Source of the DNA: an uncultured Chromatiaceae bacterium
Lineage (GTDB): Bacteria; Pseudomonadota; Gammaproteobacteria; Steroidobacterales; GCA-2729495
Length of the DNA: 38,041 nucleotides
Reading direction: 5' to 3'
NCBI GenBank assembly: GCA_964587605.1
Contig: CAZPNN010000436.1
Location: forward strand, 1 to 38,041
The notes under the pieces are model-generated. The model had not been told where the DNA came from and ran no database searches. It saw nothing but the letters and a program-made list of their open reading frames with translations. The stretch's first letter is position 1. Each line of letters opens with the position of its first letter. Of this stretch, positions 26,943 through 35,821 are shown piece after piece. Both the position numbers and the translations under genes were made by a program.

Positions 26943-27122
26943 ATGAGAAAGCTCAGTTGCCTGCTGCTTGTCGCACTTCTTGCCGCCTGCGGCATGAAGG
27001 GCGATCTCTTCGAAAAAACGCCGCCGCCGCCCGTCGATGAACCCGCACCGGTTGATACGGATGAGGACAAGGGTGAGCGCAAGACCATTCCCGCCGACCC
27101 CGATCCGGCACTGTCCCGGTGA
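26943..27122 (+). CDS. lptM: Small lipoprotein, LptM/YifL-like
   Basis: 59 aa with signal peptide and lipobox LAAC followed by GMKGDLF (compare the CG.KGPLY family motif) and a Pro/Asp-rich tail. It lies immediately upstream of polA. Confidence 0.6.
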   Translation: MRKLSCLLLVALLAACGMKGDLFEKTPPPPVDEPAPVDTDEDKGERKTIPADPDPALSR

Positions 27123-27137
27123 TCGGGCGGGCCTGAC

Positions 27138-29921
27138 ATGAGCGAACGGCGCCGCCTCGTCCTCGTCGACGGGTTTTCCTTTCTGTACCGGGCCTTCCAC
27201 GCGCTCCCGCCACTGACCACCGCGAAGGGCCAGCCGACCGGGGCCATCTTCGGCTTTCTCAACATGCTCCGTCAGATCCAGCGCACGCGAAAGCCGGACC
27301 TGATCGCCGTGGTCATGGACGCGCCGGGGCCGACCTTCAGGGACGAGCTGTACGCGGAGTACAAAGCCACGCGACAAGCCATGCCGGACGACCTGCAGTC
27401 GCAGGTTGAACCCTTGAAGCAGATGGTTCGGGCGCTCGGCCTGCCACTCCTGTGCGAGCCCGGCGTGGAAGCCGACGACGTGATCGGCACGCTCGCACTG
27501 CAGGCGGCGGCAGCGGGCCTCGACACGCTGATTGCCACCAGCGACAAGGACATGGCGCAGCTCGTCAGCGAGCACATCCACCTGTACGACGGCATCAGCA
27601 ACCGGGAACTGGATCCCGCGGGTGTCGTCGCCAAATTCGGCGTGCCGCCTGAACGGATCATCGACTACCTGGCGCTCGTCGGCGACACCTCCGACAACAT
27701 TCCGGGTGTGCGCAGTGTCGGCCCCAAGACTGCGGCGAAGTGGCTGGGGATTTACGGCAGCCTCGACGAGATCGTGGCACGCGCCGACGAGATCAAGGGC
27801 GCGGTTGGCGAGAAGTTGCGCGAAAGTCTCGGGCAGATTCCGCTGTCCCGGCAACTCGCCACGATCCACGTCGGGGTTCCGCTGAAACTGAAGCCCGAAG
27901 AACTCGTGCCATCGCCGCCCGATGTGGCTGAGCTTAAGCGGCTCGCGGCAGAGCTGGAGATCCGCAGCCTTCTCCGGGTCGCCGAGGAAGCCACCGGAGA
28001 CGATGCGCCGGCGCCCGACGGCCTCCGCGCCGTGCCGGCGGCACAGGAGCCGGCTGCCGGCGGAGCGATCGACGAGACGCCCGCCGTACCGATCCGGCTT
28101 CCCGACCCCGTCACGCGCCACTACGAGACGATCCTGTCTGCCGAGCAACTCGATGTCTGGCTGATCCTCATCGAGAACGCGGAGCTGGTGGCCTTCGACA
28201 CCGAGACCACGAGCCTTGATTACATGGCTGCCGAAGTCGTCGGGCTGTCCTTCGGCCTGGCGGCGGGCAAGGCGGCTTACCTGCCCGTCGCGCACCGCTA
28301 TGTGGGGGCGCCTCCGCAGCTGAACCGTGAAGCCGTGCTGGCGCGCCTTACACCCTGGCTCGAGAACCCGGACGCCCACAAGGTGGGCCACCATCTGAAG
28401 TACGACGCGCACGTGCTGGCGAACCACGGCATCCGTCTCGCCGGCATGCGCTACGACTCCATGCTGGAGTCCTACGTGCTGGACAGCACCGCGACCCGGC
28501 ACGACATGGACTCGGTGGCGAAGAAGTACCTGGGCCTCGATACGATTCATTTCGAGGACGTGGCCGGCAAGGGCGCCAGGCAGATCACCTTCGATCAGGT
28601 GGCGGTGGACAAGGCGGCCGAGTACGCCGCGGAGGATGCCGACATCACGCTCCGCCTCCATCACGTCCTCTGGCCAAAGATCGAGGAGACGCCGGGCCTC
28701 GCCACCCTCTACGACACGATCGAGCAGCCCCTCGTCCCGGTGCTCACCCGGATGGAAGAAACCGGCGTCCTGGTGGATGCCAGGCTGCTGCGGGCGATGT
28801 CCGGGGAATTTGCCGGGAAGATGGCCATCCTGGAAAAGGAGGCCCACAAGGAAGCGGGGCACCCCTTCAATATCGCGTCGCCGAAACAGCTGCAGGAAGT
28901 CCTGTACAACGAACTCAAGCTGCCGGTGACCCAGTACACGCCGACCAAACAGCCCTCGACCAACGAGGACGCGCTGGCGGAACTGGCCGAACAGCACCGG
29001 CTGCCGCAACTGATCCTCGACTACCGTTCGCTGAGTAAACTCAAATCCACTTACACGGACAAGTTGCCGGAGCAGGTCTGCGCGAGGACCGGTCGCATCC
29101 ACACGTCGTATCACCAGGCCGTGGCGGCCACTGGCCGGCTGTCCTCCTCGGATCCGAACCTGCAGAACATCCCGATTCGCACCGAAGAAGGCCGGCGGAT
29201 TCGCCAGGCGTTCATACCGAAGCCGGGCTGCACGCTGCTGGCGGCGGATTACTCCCAGATTGAACTCCGGATCATGGCCCACCTGTCGGAGGATGAAGGC
29301 CTGCTGAAGGCCTTTGCGGAGGACCGGGACGTGCACCAGGCGACAGCGGCCGAAGTTTTTGGCGTGGCGCTGAAAGACGTGACCACCGATCAGCGCCGCT
29401 CCGCGAAGGCCATCAATTTCGGCCTGATTTACGGCATGTCGGCCTTTGGCCTGGCTCGCCAGCTCGGCATCGCGCGGGACGAGGCGCAGCAGTATGTAGC
29501 GTTGTATTTCGCACGCTATCCCGGCGTGAAGGCCTATATGGACCGCACGAGGGGTAAGGCCCGCGAACAGGGTTACGTCGAGACGGTCTTCGGCCGGCGA
29601 CTGTATCTGCCGGATATCCAGGCACGGCAGCAGGCTCGCCGGCAGTACGCCGAGCGCAGCGCCATCAACGCGCCCATGCAGGGCACGGCGGCGGACATCA
29701 TCAAGAAAGCGATGATCAGTGTGGACGCGTGGCTGCGACAGAGCGGAACCGGCGCCGAGATCATCATGCAGGTGCACGACGAACTGGTGCTGGAAGTGCC
29801 AACCATGGCGCTAGCGACCGTGCGCGAGCAAGTGACGGCACTGATGGCCGGCGCCGCGGACCTGCGTGTTCCGCTCAGGGTGGATGCGGGCAGCGGTGCA
29901 AACTGGGACGAGGCGCACTAG
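27138..29921 (+). CDS. polA: DNA polymerase I
   Basis: 927 aa with a 5'-nuclease domain, a 3'-5' exonuclease domain (VAFDTETTSLD) and polymerase motifs (LLAADYSQIELRIMAH, RRSAKAINFGLIYG, QVHDELV). Confidence 0.95.
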   Translation: MSERRRLVLVDGFSFLYRAFHALPPLTTAKGQPTGAIFGFLNMLRQIQRTRKPDLIAVVMDAPGPTFRDELYAEYKATRQAMPDDLQSQVEPLKQMVRALGLPLLCEPGVEADDVIGTLALQAAAAGLDTLIATSDKDMAQLVSEHIHLYDGISNRELDPAGVVAKFGVPPERIIDYLALVGDTSDNIPGVRSVGPKTAAKWLGIYGSLDEIVARADEIKGAVGEKLRESLGQIPLSRQLATIHVGVPLKLKPEELVPSPPDVAELKRLAAELEIRSLLRVAEEATGDDAPAPDGLRAVPAAQEPAAGGAIDETPAVPIRLPDPVTRHYETILSAEQLDVWLILIENAELVAFDTETTSLDYMAAEVVGLSFGLAAGKAAYLPVAHRYVGAPPQLNREAVLARLTPWLENPDAHKVGHHLKYDAHVLANHGIRLAGMRYDSMLESYVLDSTATRHDMDSVAKKYLGLDTIHFEDVAGKGARQITFDQVAVDKAAEYAAEDADITLRLHHVLWPKIEETPGLATLYDTIEQPLVPVLTRMEETGVLVDARLLRAMSGEFAGKMAILEKEAHKEAGHPFNIASPKQLQEVLYNELKLPVTQYTPTKQPSTNEDALAELAEQHRLPQLILDYRSLSKLKSTYTDKLPEQVCARTGRIHTSYHQAVAATGRLSSSDPNLQNIPIRTEEGRRIRQAFIPKPGCTLLAADYSQIELRIMAHLSEDEGLLKAFAEDRDVHQATAAEVFGVALKDVTTDQRRSAKAINFGLIYGMSAFGLARQLGIARDEAQQYVALYFARYPGVKAYMDRTRGKAREQGYVETVFGRRLYLPDIQARQQARRQYAERSAINAPMQGTAADIIKKAMISVDAWLRQSGTGAEIIMQVHDELVLEVPTMALATVREQVTALMAGAADLRVPLRVDAGSGANWDEAH

Positions 29922-29923
29922 TC

Positions 29924-29946
29924 GTAGGAGCGGCTTCAGCCGCGAC
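29924..29946. repeat. REP-like element GTAGGAGCGGCTTCAGCCGCGAC
   Basis: It has a GTAGGAGC head plus a palindrome GCGGCT-TC-AGCCGC, 3 nt after the polA stop. Its reverse complement shares a GGCTGAAGC core with the 30-bp repeats. Confidence 0.45.
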
Positions 29947-30043
29947 AACGCGCTCCGTGGCCCGCGGGCGCGGTCGGGGAAAGTTTTCCGCTACCGTGAG
30001 TACACGGTTAGCGCTTGGAAAACCCTCCCCGCCCGCGCCCGCT

Positions 30044-30061
30044 CTGTAGGAGTGCCTACAG
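30044..30061. terminator. Hairpin CTGTAGG-AGTG-CCTACAG overlapping the engB stop codon
   Basis: Perfect 7-bp stem in the polA/engB convergent gap. There is no clear T-tract. Confidence 0.3.
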
Positions 30062-30652
30062 GCGTTCGCTGGCGAGCATCTCGGTCAGCGCCGCGCGCGC
30101 CGGATCCAGTCCGAGTCTTGAGGTGGCTGAAAACAGCTGCACGGTCACCGGCAGTTCCCGCAGTTCCTGTTCTGCGGCGGCCAGCGTGGCGGCGGCCTCC
30201 TGTCGGGAAAGCTTGTCGGCCTTCGTGAGCAGTACATGAAGCTGACAGCCGAGTGTGCCAGCCCAGTCGAGCATTTGCCGGTCGAAATCGCCGATTCCGC
30301 GCCGGCTGTCGACTATCACCATCAAGCCGGCCAGCGACTGGCGGTTATTGAAGTAGTTGCCCAGCAGTTCGCGCCATTGCTCGCGCATCTCGTCGGTCAC
30401 ACGCGCGTAACCGTAACCCGGCAGGTCGACCAGACGCTGACCATCAGCCAGGGCGAAGAAATTGATCAGTTGGGTTCGACCGGGGGTCTTGCTGGTCCGC
30501 GCGAAATCCCGGCGGCCGACGATCGTATTGATCGCGCTCGACTTGCCCGCGTTCGAACGACCCGCGAACGCAACCTCCGCGCCCTCGTCGGGCAAAAACT
30601 GGGCGGCTCGGGCGGCACTGGTGACAAACCGGGCCTCGGGATACAGGGACAT
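30056..30652 (-). CDS. engB: Ribosome-biogenesis GTPase YihA/EngB
   Basis: G1 motif GRSNAGKSS, DLPGYGYA, and TKADKL (G4). ATG 30652 gives 198 aa; the ORF-track start is at 30718. Confidence 0.85.
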   Translation of the reverse strand: MSLYPEARFVTSAARAAQFLPDEGAEVAFAGRSNAGKSSAINTIVGRRDFARTSKTPGRTQLINFFALADGQRLVDLPGYGYARVTDEMREQWRELLGNYFNNRQSLAGLMVIVDSRRGIGDFDRQMLDWAGTLGCQLHVLLTKADKLSRQEAAATLAAAEQELRELPVTVQLFSATSRLGLDPARAALTEMLASERL

Positions 30653-30745
30653 CAGGGTGGCTCGGCTGGGACGCTGGTGTACAATTCCGCGCGGTTCGAG
30701 TCTAGCATGGGACTCCACGCGAATTTCCCTTACAGAACAAGCGCT

Positions 30746-31381
30746 ATGGATATGCTGAACGCATCATTTTCGAAGGCTTCCCGAGGTGCATTGCTGGGCC
30801 TGATGGCCCTCATCTTTGCCGGCACTTCCCTGGCCGCAGGTTCGCCGGAAGCCGGGCAGGCCAAGGCGGCGACCTGTGCCGCGTGTCACGGCATGGACGG
30901 CAATAGCCAGAACCCCGAGTGGCCGAGCATCGCTGGCCAGCACGAGAGCTATCTCGTCAAGTCGCTTAAGTCCTTCAAGAGCGGCGAGCGGCAGAACGTC
31001 CTGATGAGCGGCATGGCCATGCCGCTCTCCGACGAAGACATGGCGGACCTCGCTGCGTACTTCTCCAGTCAGAAGCGCGCCGGCAACGTCGCCGACCCGG
31101 CCATCGTCGCTGCCGGTGAGCGCCTGTACCGGGGCGGCAACAAGGACACCGGCGTGTCAGCCTGTCTTGCCTGCCACGGTCCTGCCGGGCAGGGCAATCC
31201 CGCCGCCGGCTGGCCGGCTATCGCAGGTCAACATGCGGCGTACTCGGCAGCACAGCTCGTGGCCTATCGGGGCAAGCAGCGGTCAACCGATGGCGACACC
31301 CAGATGATGCGCAACGTGGCGGCCGCGCTGACCGATGATGAAATCAAGGCGGTTTCTTCCTACATCCAGGGCCTGCGCTGA
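30746..31381 (+). CDS. cc4: Dihaem cytochrome c4
   Basis: Signal peptide and two haem motifs, CAACHG and CLACHG. The real start is ATG 30746; the long ORF-track 5' extension from 30236 is antisense to engB. Confidence 0.85.
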   Translation: MDMLNASFSKASRGALLGLMALIFAGTSLAAGSPEAGQAKAATCAACHGMDGNSQNPEWPSIAGQHESYLVKSLKSFKSGERQNVLMSGMAMPLSDEDMADLAAYFSSQKRAGNVADPAIVAAGERLYRGGNKDTGVSACLACHGPAGQGNPAAGWPAIAGQHAAYSAAQLVAYRGKQRSTDGDTQMMRNVAAALTDDEIKAVSSYIQGLR

Positions 31382-31405
31382 AGCGCGGCGATTGAGGACA
31401 GCTCC

Positions 31406-32320
31406 ATGATCCAGGTTCAAGTTCTTCTGTTGGCTGCTGCCTTCTGCGTTGTCGCTGCCTGTGGCAAGGCGCCCGAAACGCCTGCACAGACGCCTGCCGA
31501 GGTCCCTGCCGCGGCGCCAGAAATTGCTCTGCCGGCGCCCGTCGCAATACCCGCGCCAGCGGCTGATGCCACCGCCGCGCCTGCTGTCGTAGCCGCGGTC
31601 GAGGAATCGGCCAGCACCGAAATGGCGGCACCTGCCGACAAGAACCCGCTGGGCAAGGACATCGTGCTTGCGCAGAACCAGGCCCGCTCCCCGGCCAGTG
31701 CCCCGGCCACTGCACCGGCCAGTGCACCGGCCACTGCACCGGCCAAGGCGGACTGGAAGTACGCGGAAGGCGATTTCTTCACCACACTGCCCGCGGCGCA
31801 AGGCACCAGCAGCCCGGCCGGCAAGATCGAGGTCGCGGAAGTCTTCTGGTACGGCTGCGGCCACTGCTACAACCTGGAGCCGCTGATCACCGATTGGAAG
31901 AAAAAATTACCCTCCGACGTGAATTTCGTGCGGATCCCCGTCATGTGGAATCCCGCCAACGAGATTCACGGCCGCGCCTATTACACGGCCGAAGCCCTCG
32001 GCAAGCTCGACGACATAACGCCGGCGATATTCGGCGCCATCCACGTCGACAACAAGCCGATGACGGACGAAAAGGAAATCCAGAAACTGTTCGAACAGCA
32101 CGGCGTCTCGGCAGCGGATTTCAACCGGACCTTCCGGTCCTTCTCGGTCGACAGCCAGTTGAAGCGGGCCAAGGACCTCACGGTGAAATACCGGGTACAG
32201 GGCGTGCCCCTGCTGGTGGTCAACGGCAAATACACCACCAATGGGCCGCAAATTCGCAGCCATCAGGACCTGCTGGCTGTTACGGAAGAACTGGTCCAGC
32301 GGGAGCGTCAGAGGAACTGA
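31406..32320 (+). CDS. dsbA: Thiol:disulfide interchange protein DsbA, lipoprotein form with a long Ala/Pro linker
   Basis: Lipobox VAAC, a low-complexity linker of roughly 100-120 aa, then FWYGCGHCYNLEP (CGHC active site) and VQGVPLLVVNGKY (cis-Pro loop). Confidence 0.8.
   Translation: MIQVQVLLLAAAFCVVAACGKAPETPAQTPAEVPAAAPEIALPAPVAIPAPAADATAAPAVVAAVEESASTEMAAPADKNPLGKDIVLAQNQARSPASAPATAPASAPATAPAKADWKYAEGDFFTTLPAAQGTSSPAGKIEVAEVFWYGCGHCYNLEPLITDWKKKLPSDVNFVRIPVMWNPANEIHGRAYYTAEALGKLDDITPAIFGAIHVDNKPMTDEKEIQKLFEQHGVSAADFNRTFRSFSVDSQLKRAKDLTVKYRVQGVPLLVVNGKYTTNGPQIRSHQDLLAVTEELVQRERQRN
31691..31744 (+). repeat. 4.5 copies of a 12-nt tandem repeat CCGGCCAGTGCM/CCGGCCACTGCA inside dsbA
   Basis: Seen directly. 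It encodes PASAPATAPASAPATAPA in the linker. Confidence 0.85.
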
Positions 32321-32735
32321 CCTCGCAGTTGATCCAGCCGGAGTCCCCTTCGGCGTAGTGCTCCTTCTTCCAGATTGGCACCCGGGTCTTCACTTCGTCG
32401 ATGATGTAGCGGCAGGCCGCGAAGGCCGCTTCCCGGTGGGCCGCGGTTACCCCCACCCACACCGCCAGGTCACCGATCTCAAGGATGCCGAGCCGGTGCA
32501 CGCAATGCGCCTTCGCAATTTGAAACCGGGCGAAGGCTTCCGCAACAACCCGGTCGCCCTCCTTGATGCCCAGCGCCTCGTAGCCCTCGTACTCAAGGCG
32601 CACGACGCCGCGCCCGTCATTGTGGTTGCGCACCCAGCCCTCAAAGCTTGCATAGCCGCCGGCGACGGGGTCAGCAACCAGGGCGCGATAGCATTCCGGC
32701 GTGAACGGCTCGCGACTGAAGGCGAAATGGCTCAC
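32280..32735 (-). CDS. moaE: Molybdopterin synthase catalytic subunit
   Basis: Motifs GGYASFEGWVRNHN, AHREAAFAACRYIIDEVKTRVPIWKKEHY. The 3' end overlaps the dsbA 3' end by 41 nt. Confidence 0.9.
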   Translation of the reverse strand: MSHFAFSREPFTPECYRALVADPVAGGYASFEGWVRNHNDGRGVVRLEYEGYEALGIKEGDRVVAEAFARFQIAKAHCVHRLGILEIGDLAVWVGVTAAHREAAFAACRYIIDEVKTRVPIWKKEHYAEGDSGWINCEVSSSDAPAGPVLP

Positions 32736-32971
32736 CCGCCCGCGACTGGCGGGATGAACACGACGAAGTCGCCGTCGTGCAGCGGCGCGGTCCAGTCCCG
32801 GAACTCGTCGTTGACCGCCACTTTCACACGGCCGACTGCCGGGAAGGCGTAACGCTGGTCCAGTTCGGCGTAGAGCTCGCCAACCGTGGTGGCGGCAGTG
32901 CGCAACTCCTCCCCGGCACAGCCCACGTGCTCGCGCAGGACGGCAAAGTACTCAATCCGGATCACAGCCAT
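32732..32971 (-). CDS. moaD: Molybdopterin synthase sulfur-carrier subunit
   Basis: 79 aa ending in PPVAGG. It overlaps moaE by 4 nt. Confidence 0.85.
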   Translation of the reverse strand: MAVIRIEYFAVLREHVGCAGEELRTAATTVGELYAELDQRYAFPAVGRVKVAVNDEFRDWTAPLHDGDFVVFIPPVAGG

Positions 32972-32974
32972 GAC

Positions 32975-33559
32975 TCATTGTGCCGGAGCCGCTTCGAGCC
33001 GCGCCAGATCCTCGGGCGTGTCGATGTCGAAAGCCGCGTGCGGCATGGGTACCGCCGTGTGTTCCGCGTGCCATTCGAGCAGGCTGCGGGCGCCCTGGTC
33101 GCCGCGCAACGCAGCGAGCTGGGGCCAGACGGATCGCGGCATGATCACCGGCGGGCCGAGCCGGTCGCTGAAGCCGGCGGCGGCAATCAGTTCCGGCTCA
33201 ATGTGCCAGGCGGCAATCAGGGCGTCGAGATCATCTGCCGTAACAGCCGGCTGGTCGCAGAGCAGGATGAGCACCGCATCGGCCTCGGCGGGCAGGGCCG
33301 CAACACCGCGCACGAGTGACGTCGACAGGCCGCTCTCCCAGTCCGGGTTCTCGACGAAAGCGACGGTCTCCGCAGTGAGTGCCGCGCGCACACCGTCCGC
33401 CGACGCGCCCACCACCACGTATACGCCCGCTGGACAGCGCGGAGTCAGTAGCTGGACGCCGCGCCGAACCAGCGGCTTGCCATGAAACGGCGCCAGCACC
33501 TTCGGCGACCCGAACCGCGCGGCGCCACCTGCCGCAAGCAACAATCCTGCCAGTTTCAT
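32975..33559 (-). CDS. MobA/MocA-like nucleotidyltransferase (molybdenum cofactor cytidylyl/guanylyl-transferase family)
   Basis: N-terminal GLLLAAGGAARFGSPKVL and 194 aa. It sits in the operon with moaDE. Confidence 0.7.
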   Translation of the reverse strand: MKLAGLLLAAGGAARFGSPKVLAPFHGKPLVRRGVQLLTPRCPAGVYVVVGASADGVRAALTAETVAFVENPDWESGLSTSLVRGVAALPAEADAVLILLCDQPAVTADDLDALIAAWHIEPELIAAAGFSDRLGPPVIMPRSVWPQLAALRGDQGARSLLEWHAEHTAVPMPHAAFDIDTPEDLARLEAAPAQ

Positions 33560-34623
33560 CCAGCACCTCCAGTGTTCTGCCAGTCATAGGGATCCCAGGC
33601 CACCGGCGCCGAGGTCAGCGCGCCTTCGAGCTCAAGGAGAATAGTGTCGAGCGGAATCGATGAGGGTGTTCCGTCTTTGCGCTTAAGCCGCGGCACGATG
33701 TCCATCGGACTCTGTGCCACCCACACGGGAGATCCCCGCTCCAGCTCGTTCAGGCGCGCTGCCAGACCGTCCAGGTGAACCCGCAACGGCACGCGGCGCG
33801 TCGCCAGTTGCAGCCAGCTCTCGTAACGGTACTCAAACTCGTAGTGATTACCCTGCACCCGCAGGATCCGGGAACACTGCGTCGCGCTGTTGATGGCAAA
33901 CGGATGGATCACGGCAGACTCGTCCGCCAGGTAGCGCCGCACCTGTCGCTGCCGCAGGTACGACGGTATCCGTACCACCGCCAGATCGAGCTCCGGCGAC
34001 TCCACCACCGTCACGACACCGTCAGTCAGTAACGTGCGGCTCGCGGTGAGGTGCTCATCCTGCAGCGCCCAGAGATCGCCGTACCGGGGCCAGCCATCGC
34101 AACAGTCACGCAGGAGTGCGGGCAGCGCCTCCAGCATGGCCGTGTACAACGCCGCCACCCGATCTGCCTCGTCGAAAATCTCCGCCGGCAGAAGCGCTGC
34201 ATCGGGATCGGTCAGGTTCTCGATGACAAAGCACAGGCGCGCCGCGTCCTGCTCAGTCACCACGCCGAAGTCCCCCGCCAGGGACGCGGCGATCAGCAAG
34301 TCCCGGTGCTCGCGTGCCCGCACCGGATCAGTGATGGCGTACATGCTGAACAGGCCGTCCTCGTCGAAGTGATTGTTGGTCACCCAGGGCACGGCCTGGT
34401 GTAAATGAACGGCATCCAGGTAAGCAAAGGCTGTGGCGGTGGAGGTGTCGCGCCGAAGCGAGGGCGGCGACTGGTTATTCGGCCAGTGCGACAACGTGAG
34501 CAGCGTGGTGGGCAGCGGCGCCCCGTCGACAACGATATTCGGCAGGGCGCGAGCCGCCGCGTAGGGCGTGAATCGCGCGGGGGGCGGCGTCAGAGCCGGC
34601 GGGCGATCAGGCACCCGATCCAC
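33556..34623 (-). CDS. Hypothetical protein (355 aa)
   Basis: Long ORF with protein-like composition. It overlaps the mocA-like gene by 4 nt. I did not recognise a family. It contains NNHFDEDGLFS, reminiscent of DHH-phosphoesterase motif I. The start is GTG. Confidence 0.6.
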   Translation of the reverse strand: MDRVPDRPPALTPPPARFTPYAAARALPNIVVDGAPLPTTLLTLSHWPNNQSPPSLRRDTSTATAFAYLDAVHLHQAVPWVTNNHFDEDGLFSMYAITDPVRAREHRDLLIAASLAGDFGVVTEQDAARLCFVIENLTDPDAALLPAEIFDEADRVAALYTAMLEALPALLRDCCDGWPRYGDLWALQDEHLTASRTLLTDGVVTVVESPELDLAVVRIPSYLRQRQVRRYLADESAVIHPFAINSATQCSRILRVQGNHYEFEYRYESWLQLATRRVPLRVHLDGLAARLNELERGSPVWVAQSPMDIVPRLKRKDGTPSSIPLDTILLELEGALTSAPVAWDPYDWQNTGGAG

Positions 34624-34976
34624 GCGACGAGACTGAGCAGAAGAACGCCCATCAGTACGTACTGCGGACCCGCAATGTACTCAGCTCCCGGAGCCACTTC
34701 GGCAGGGAAGACGGCCCGGAACAGGTACCAGATCGCACCGAGCACGGCGGGAATGGCCGTGGGCCACAACGCAATGCGCTGGCCCTTGCCCGCGCGATTT
34801 GCGCCCCGGAGCAACAGGGCGGAAACCAGCCCGGCAATGAGCATGGGCACAAGATTCAGGCTGAACACGGTGATCAGGGTGTCAGTGCGGTCACCAAACA
34901 CGATCAGCGCTGCAAGCGTTGCCGCCACGGGCAGCAACAGCATGCCGAGCAGGTTCAACTTGCCGTAGTTCGTCAT
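34590..34976 (-). CDS. Small membrane protein (4 predicted TM segments)
   Basis: 128 aa and strongly hydrophobic. It overlaps the next gene by 34 nt. Confidence 0.55.
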   Translation of the reverse strand: MTNYGKLNLLGMLLLPVAATLAALIVFGDRTDTLITVFSLNLVPMLIAGLVSALLLRGANRAGKGQRIALWPTAIPAVLGAIWYLFRAVFPAEVAPGAEYIAGPQYVLMGVLLLSLVAWIGCLIARRL

Positions 34977-35001
34977 CGCCTCGACCCCTCAGTACCCACG
35001 T

Positions 35002-35400
35002 TCAGCCTACCACCTGGAATTCCGTCTCGTCAGCCGGCCAGCCGCCCTCGAAGCAGTAGGCTTCAAGTACGGCCAGTCGCCCGGCGCGAAGCTGCAGCAG
35101 GAATTCGGCACGTTCCGTCAGCTGCGGATGGTCCGCGAATACCGCACGCAGCCGGGGTATGGCGGCCTCCGGCACGGCGGCAACCTCGTCCGGCACGGCG
35201 ATGCGGGTGACAAAACCCACGCCGCTGTGCGTGCGCGACACCACGGTTGCCCGCGCGAGCTGGGCCTTAAGAACCGCGAAACCGTCGCCCTTGCCCTCAC
35301 AGTCGACCTTGAGCATGGCCGTGAGCACGGTGCGCTCGAGCTCGGATAAGGGGCCGGGTCCCTGGGTGGCGCCGGGACGCTGTGGAGCGTGTTGCTGCAT
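35002..35400 (-). CDS. Hypothetical protein (132 aa)
   Basis: ORF packed in the same-strand array, 7 nt after the DUF2784 stop. No family recognised. Confidence 0.5.
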   Translation of the reverse strand: MQQHAPQRPGATQGPGPLSELERTVLTAMLKVDCEGKGDGFAVLKAQLARATVVSRTHSGVGFVTRIAVPDEVAAVPEAAIPRLRAVFADHPQLTERAEFLLQLRAGRLAVLEAYCFEGGWPADETEFQVVG

Positions 35401-35407
35401 GACGATC

Positions 35408-35818
35408 TCAGTCTAGCTGATCGCGCTGCGGCCGCCGGCGAACCGGCGGGGCAAACCACCAGACGAGCGCCACGGCCGCCCCGAACAGAGAATAGACAAC
35501 GGCAAAGATGTGGGTGTCGGCCCGGTAGTACAGCAGCCGGTACAGCCAGTGCTGGATAAAGGAAATGCCGTACCCGGCTTCACCCGCCTGCAGTCGCAGG
35601 GCACTTTCCAGGGTGGTCAGCGGGCATTCCATCCCGATCCATACCTGCAGGACCACGATGCCGATCGCGGCGAGGTGGGCGTAACGAAACCCCCGATGCC
35701 GCACCCACGGCCAGCCGCGCGCAAGCCCAAGCAGGATCAGGGCAAAACCGATCACGACGAAGCCCACATACAACCCGTGCACCACCAGCACCAGGTCCGC
35801 GAGGATGCCCGGGAGCAC
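35408..35818 (-). CDS. DUF2784-like membrane protein
   Basis: TM segments and a MECPLTTLESALR motif (CPLT..E..LR) that I associate with DUF2784. Confidence 0.6.
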   Translation of the reverse strand: MLPGILADLVLVVHGLYVGFVVIGFALILLGLARGWPWVRHRGFRYAHLAAIGIVVLQVWIGMECPLTTLESALRLQAGEAGYGISFIQHWLYRLLYYRADTHIFAVVYSLFGAAVALVWWFAPPVRRRPQRDQLD

Positions 35819-35821
35819 GGT

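Noticed and set aside
26466-29777. 1103-aa ORF antisense to polA, plus similar long antisense ORFs at 910-2475, 13064-14386, 14962-15810, 18330-19232, 19382-20296, 20086-21042 and 21344-22837
   Set aside because: Their translations are Arg/Gly/Gln/His-rich with no recognisable motifs. Each lies opposite a gene with strong family signatures. Long stop-free antisense frames are expected in GC-rich coding DNA.
30236-30745. Long 5' extension of the cytochrome c4 ORF (ORF track 30236-31381)
   Set aside because: The extension is antisense to engB and has no signal peptide. ATG 30746 gives a normal signal peptide and a c4-sized protein.
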